The notes beneath the pieces are model-generated. The model was not told the DNA's origin. It saw nothing but the letters and a program-made list of their open reading frames with translations, and did not search any database. A stretch of 64,000 nucleotides of DNA. It comes from Lama guanicoe (lineage: Eukaryota). Numbering within the stretch: the first letter of the stretch is position 1; the number at the start of each line of letters is the position of its first letter. Position numbers and translations under genes: made by a program. The DNA is taken from NCBI GenBank assembly GCA_013239625.1, contig MU053994.1:2919589-2983588 (forward strand), read 5' to 3'. Shown piece after piece: positions 63,934 through 64,000 of the stretch.

Positions 63934-64000
63934 TATTTTTTATTGAGATATAATTGACCTACAATGCTATATTAATTTCAGGTATAACAATATAATGATG
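63934..64000 (-). mobile_element. L1 3' tail (runs off the window)
   Basis: TTTTTTATTGAGATATAATTGACCTACAATGCTATATTAATTTCAGGTATA. Confidence 0.7.

Larger units (their letters stand above)
500..64000 (+). other. USP9X: USP9X gene, 5' portion (exons 1-16; 3'-truncated by window end)
   Basis: 15 coding exons bounded by AG/GT join with consistent phase into an open 776-codon frame starting [14 protein letters not shown], recognisable as USP9X. The TSS is approximate. Confidence 0.97.

Noticed and set aside
1..64000. CRISPR array, operon-like or defence system, NUMT, endogenous retroviral ORF, snoRNA or miRNA
   Set aside because: I saw no spaced repeat array, long uninterrupted ORF, mitochondrial-like sequence or convincing box motifs or hairpins. 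An Infernal/Rfam and BLAST search would be needed to exclude small RNAs completely.

Overview
Mammalian genomic DNA containing the 5' part of USP9X (ubiquitin-specific peptidase 9, X-linked; fat facets orthologue) on the + strand. It has a CpG-island promoter and non-coding exon 1 (donor at 938/939), a 28.3-kb intron 1, exon 2 with the start ATG at 29389, and coding exons 2-16. These join in frame through GT-AG introns to give 2328 nt = residues 1-776; the gene continues beyond the window. Five tRNA-derived SINEs resembling the camelid Vic-1 family suggest a camel/alpaca/llama genome. The introns otherwise hold ordinary eutherian repeats (L1, L2, L3, MIR, MER5, MER20, Tigger1, MER8, Charlie). 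I found no prokaryotic-type system, CRISPR array, RNA gene or second protein-coding gene. The most interesting observations are regulatory: five upstream ATGs plus an internal candidate splice acceptor that would remove four of them; candidate unannotated 5'-UTR exons in intron 1; three residues that, from memory, match USP9Y rather than human USP9X; inverted SINE pairs bracketing exon blocks; and an unexplained 31-bp direct repeat beside the exon 2 donor. Repeat family names and human comparisons are from recall and need RepeatMasker/BLAST confirmation.
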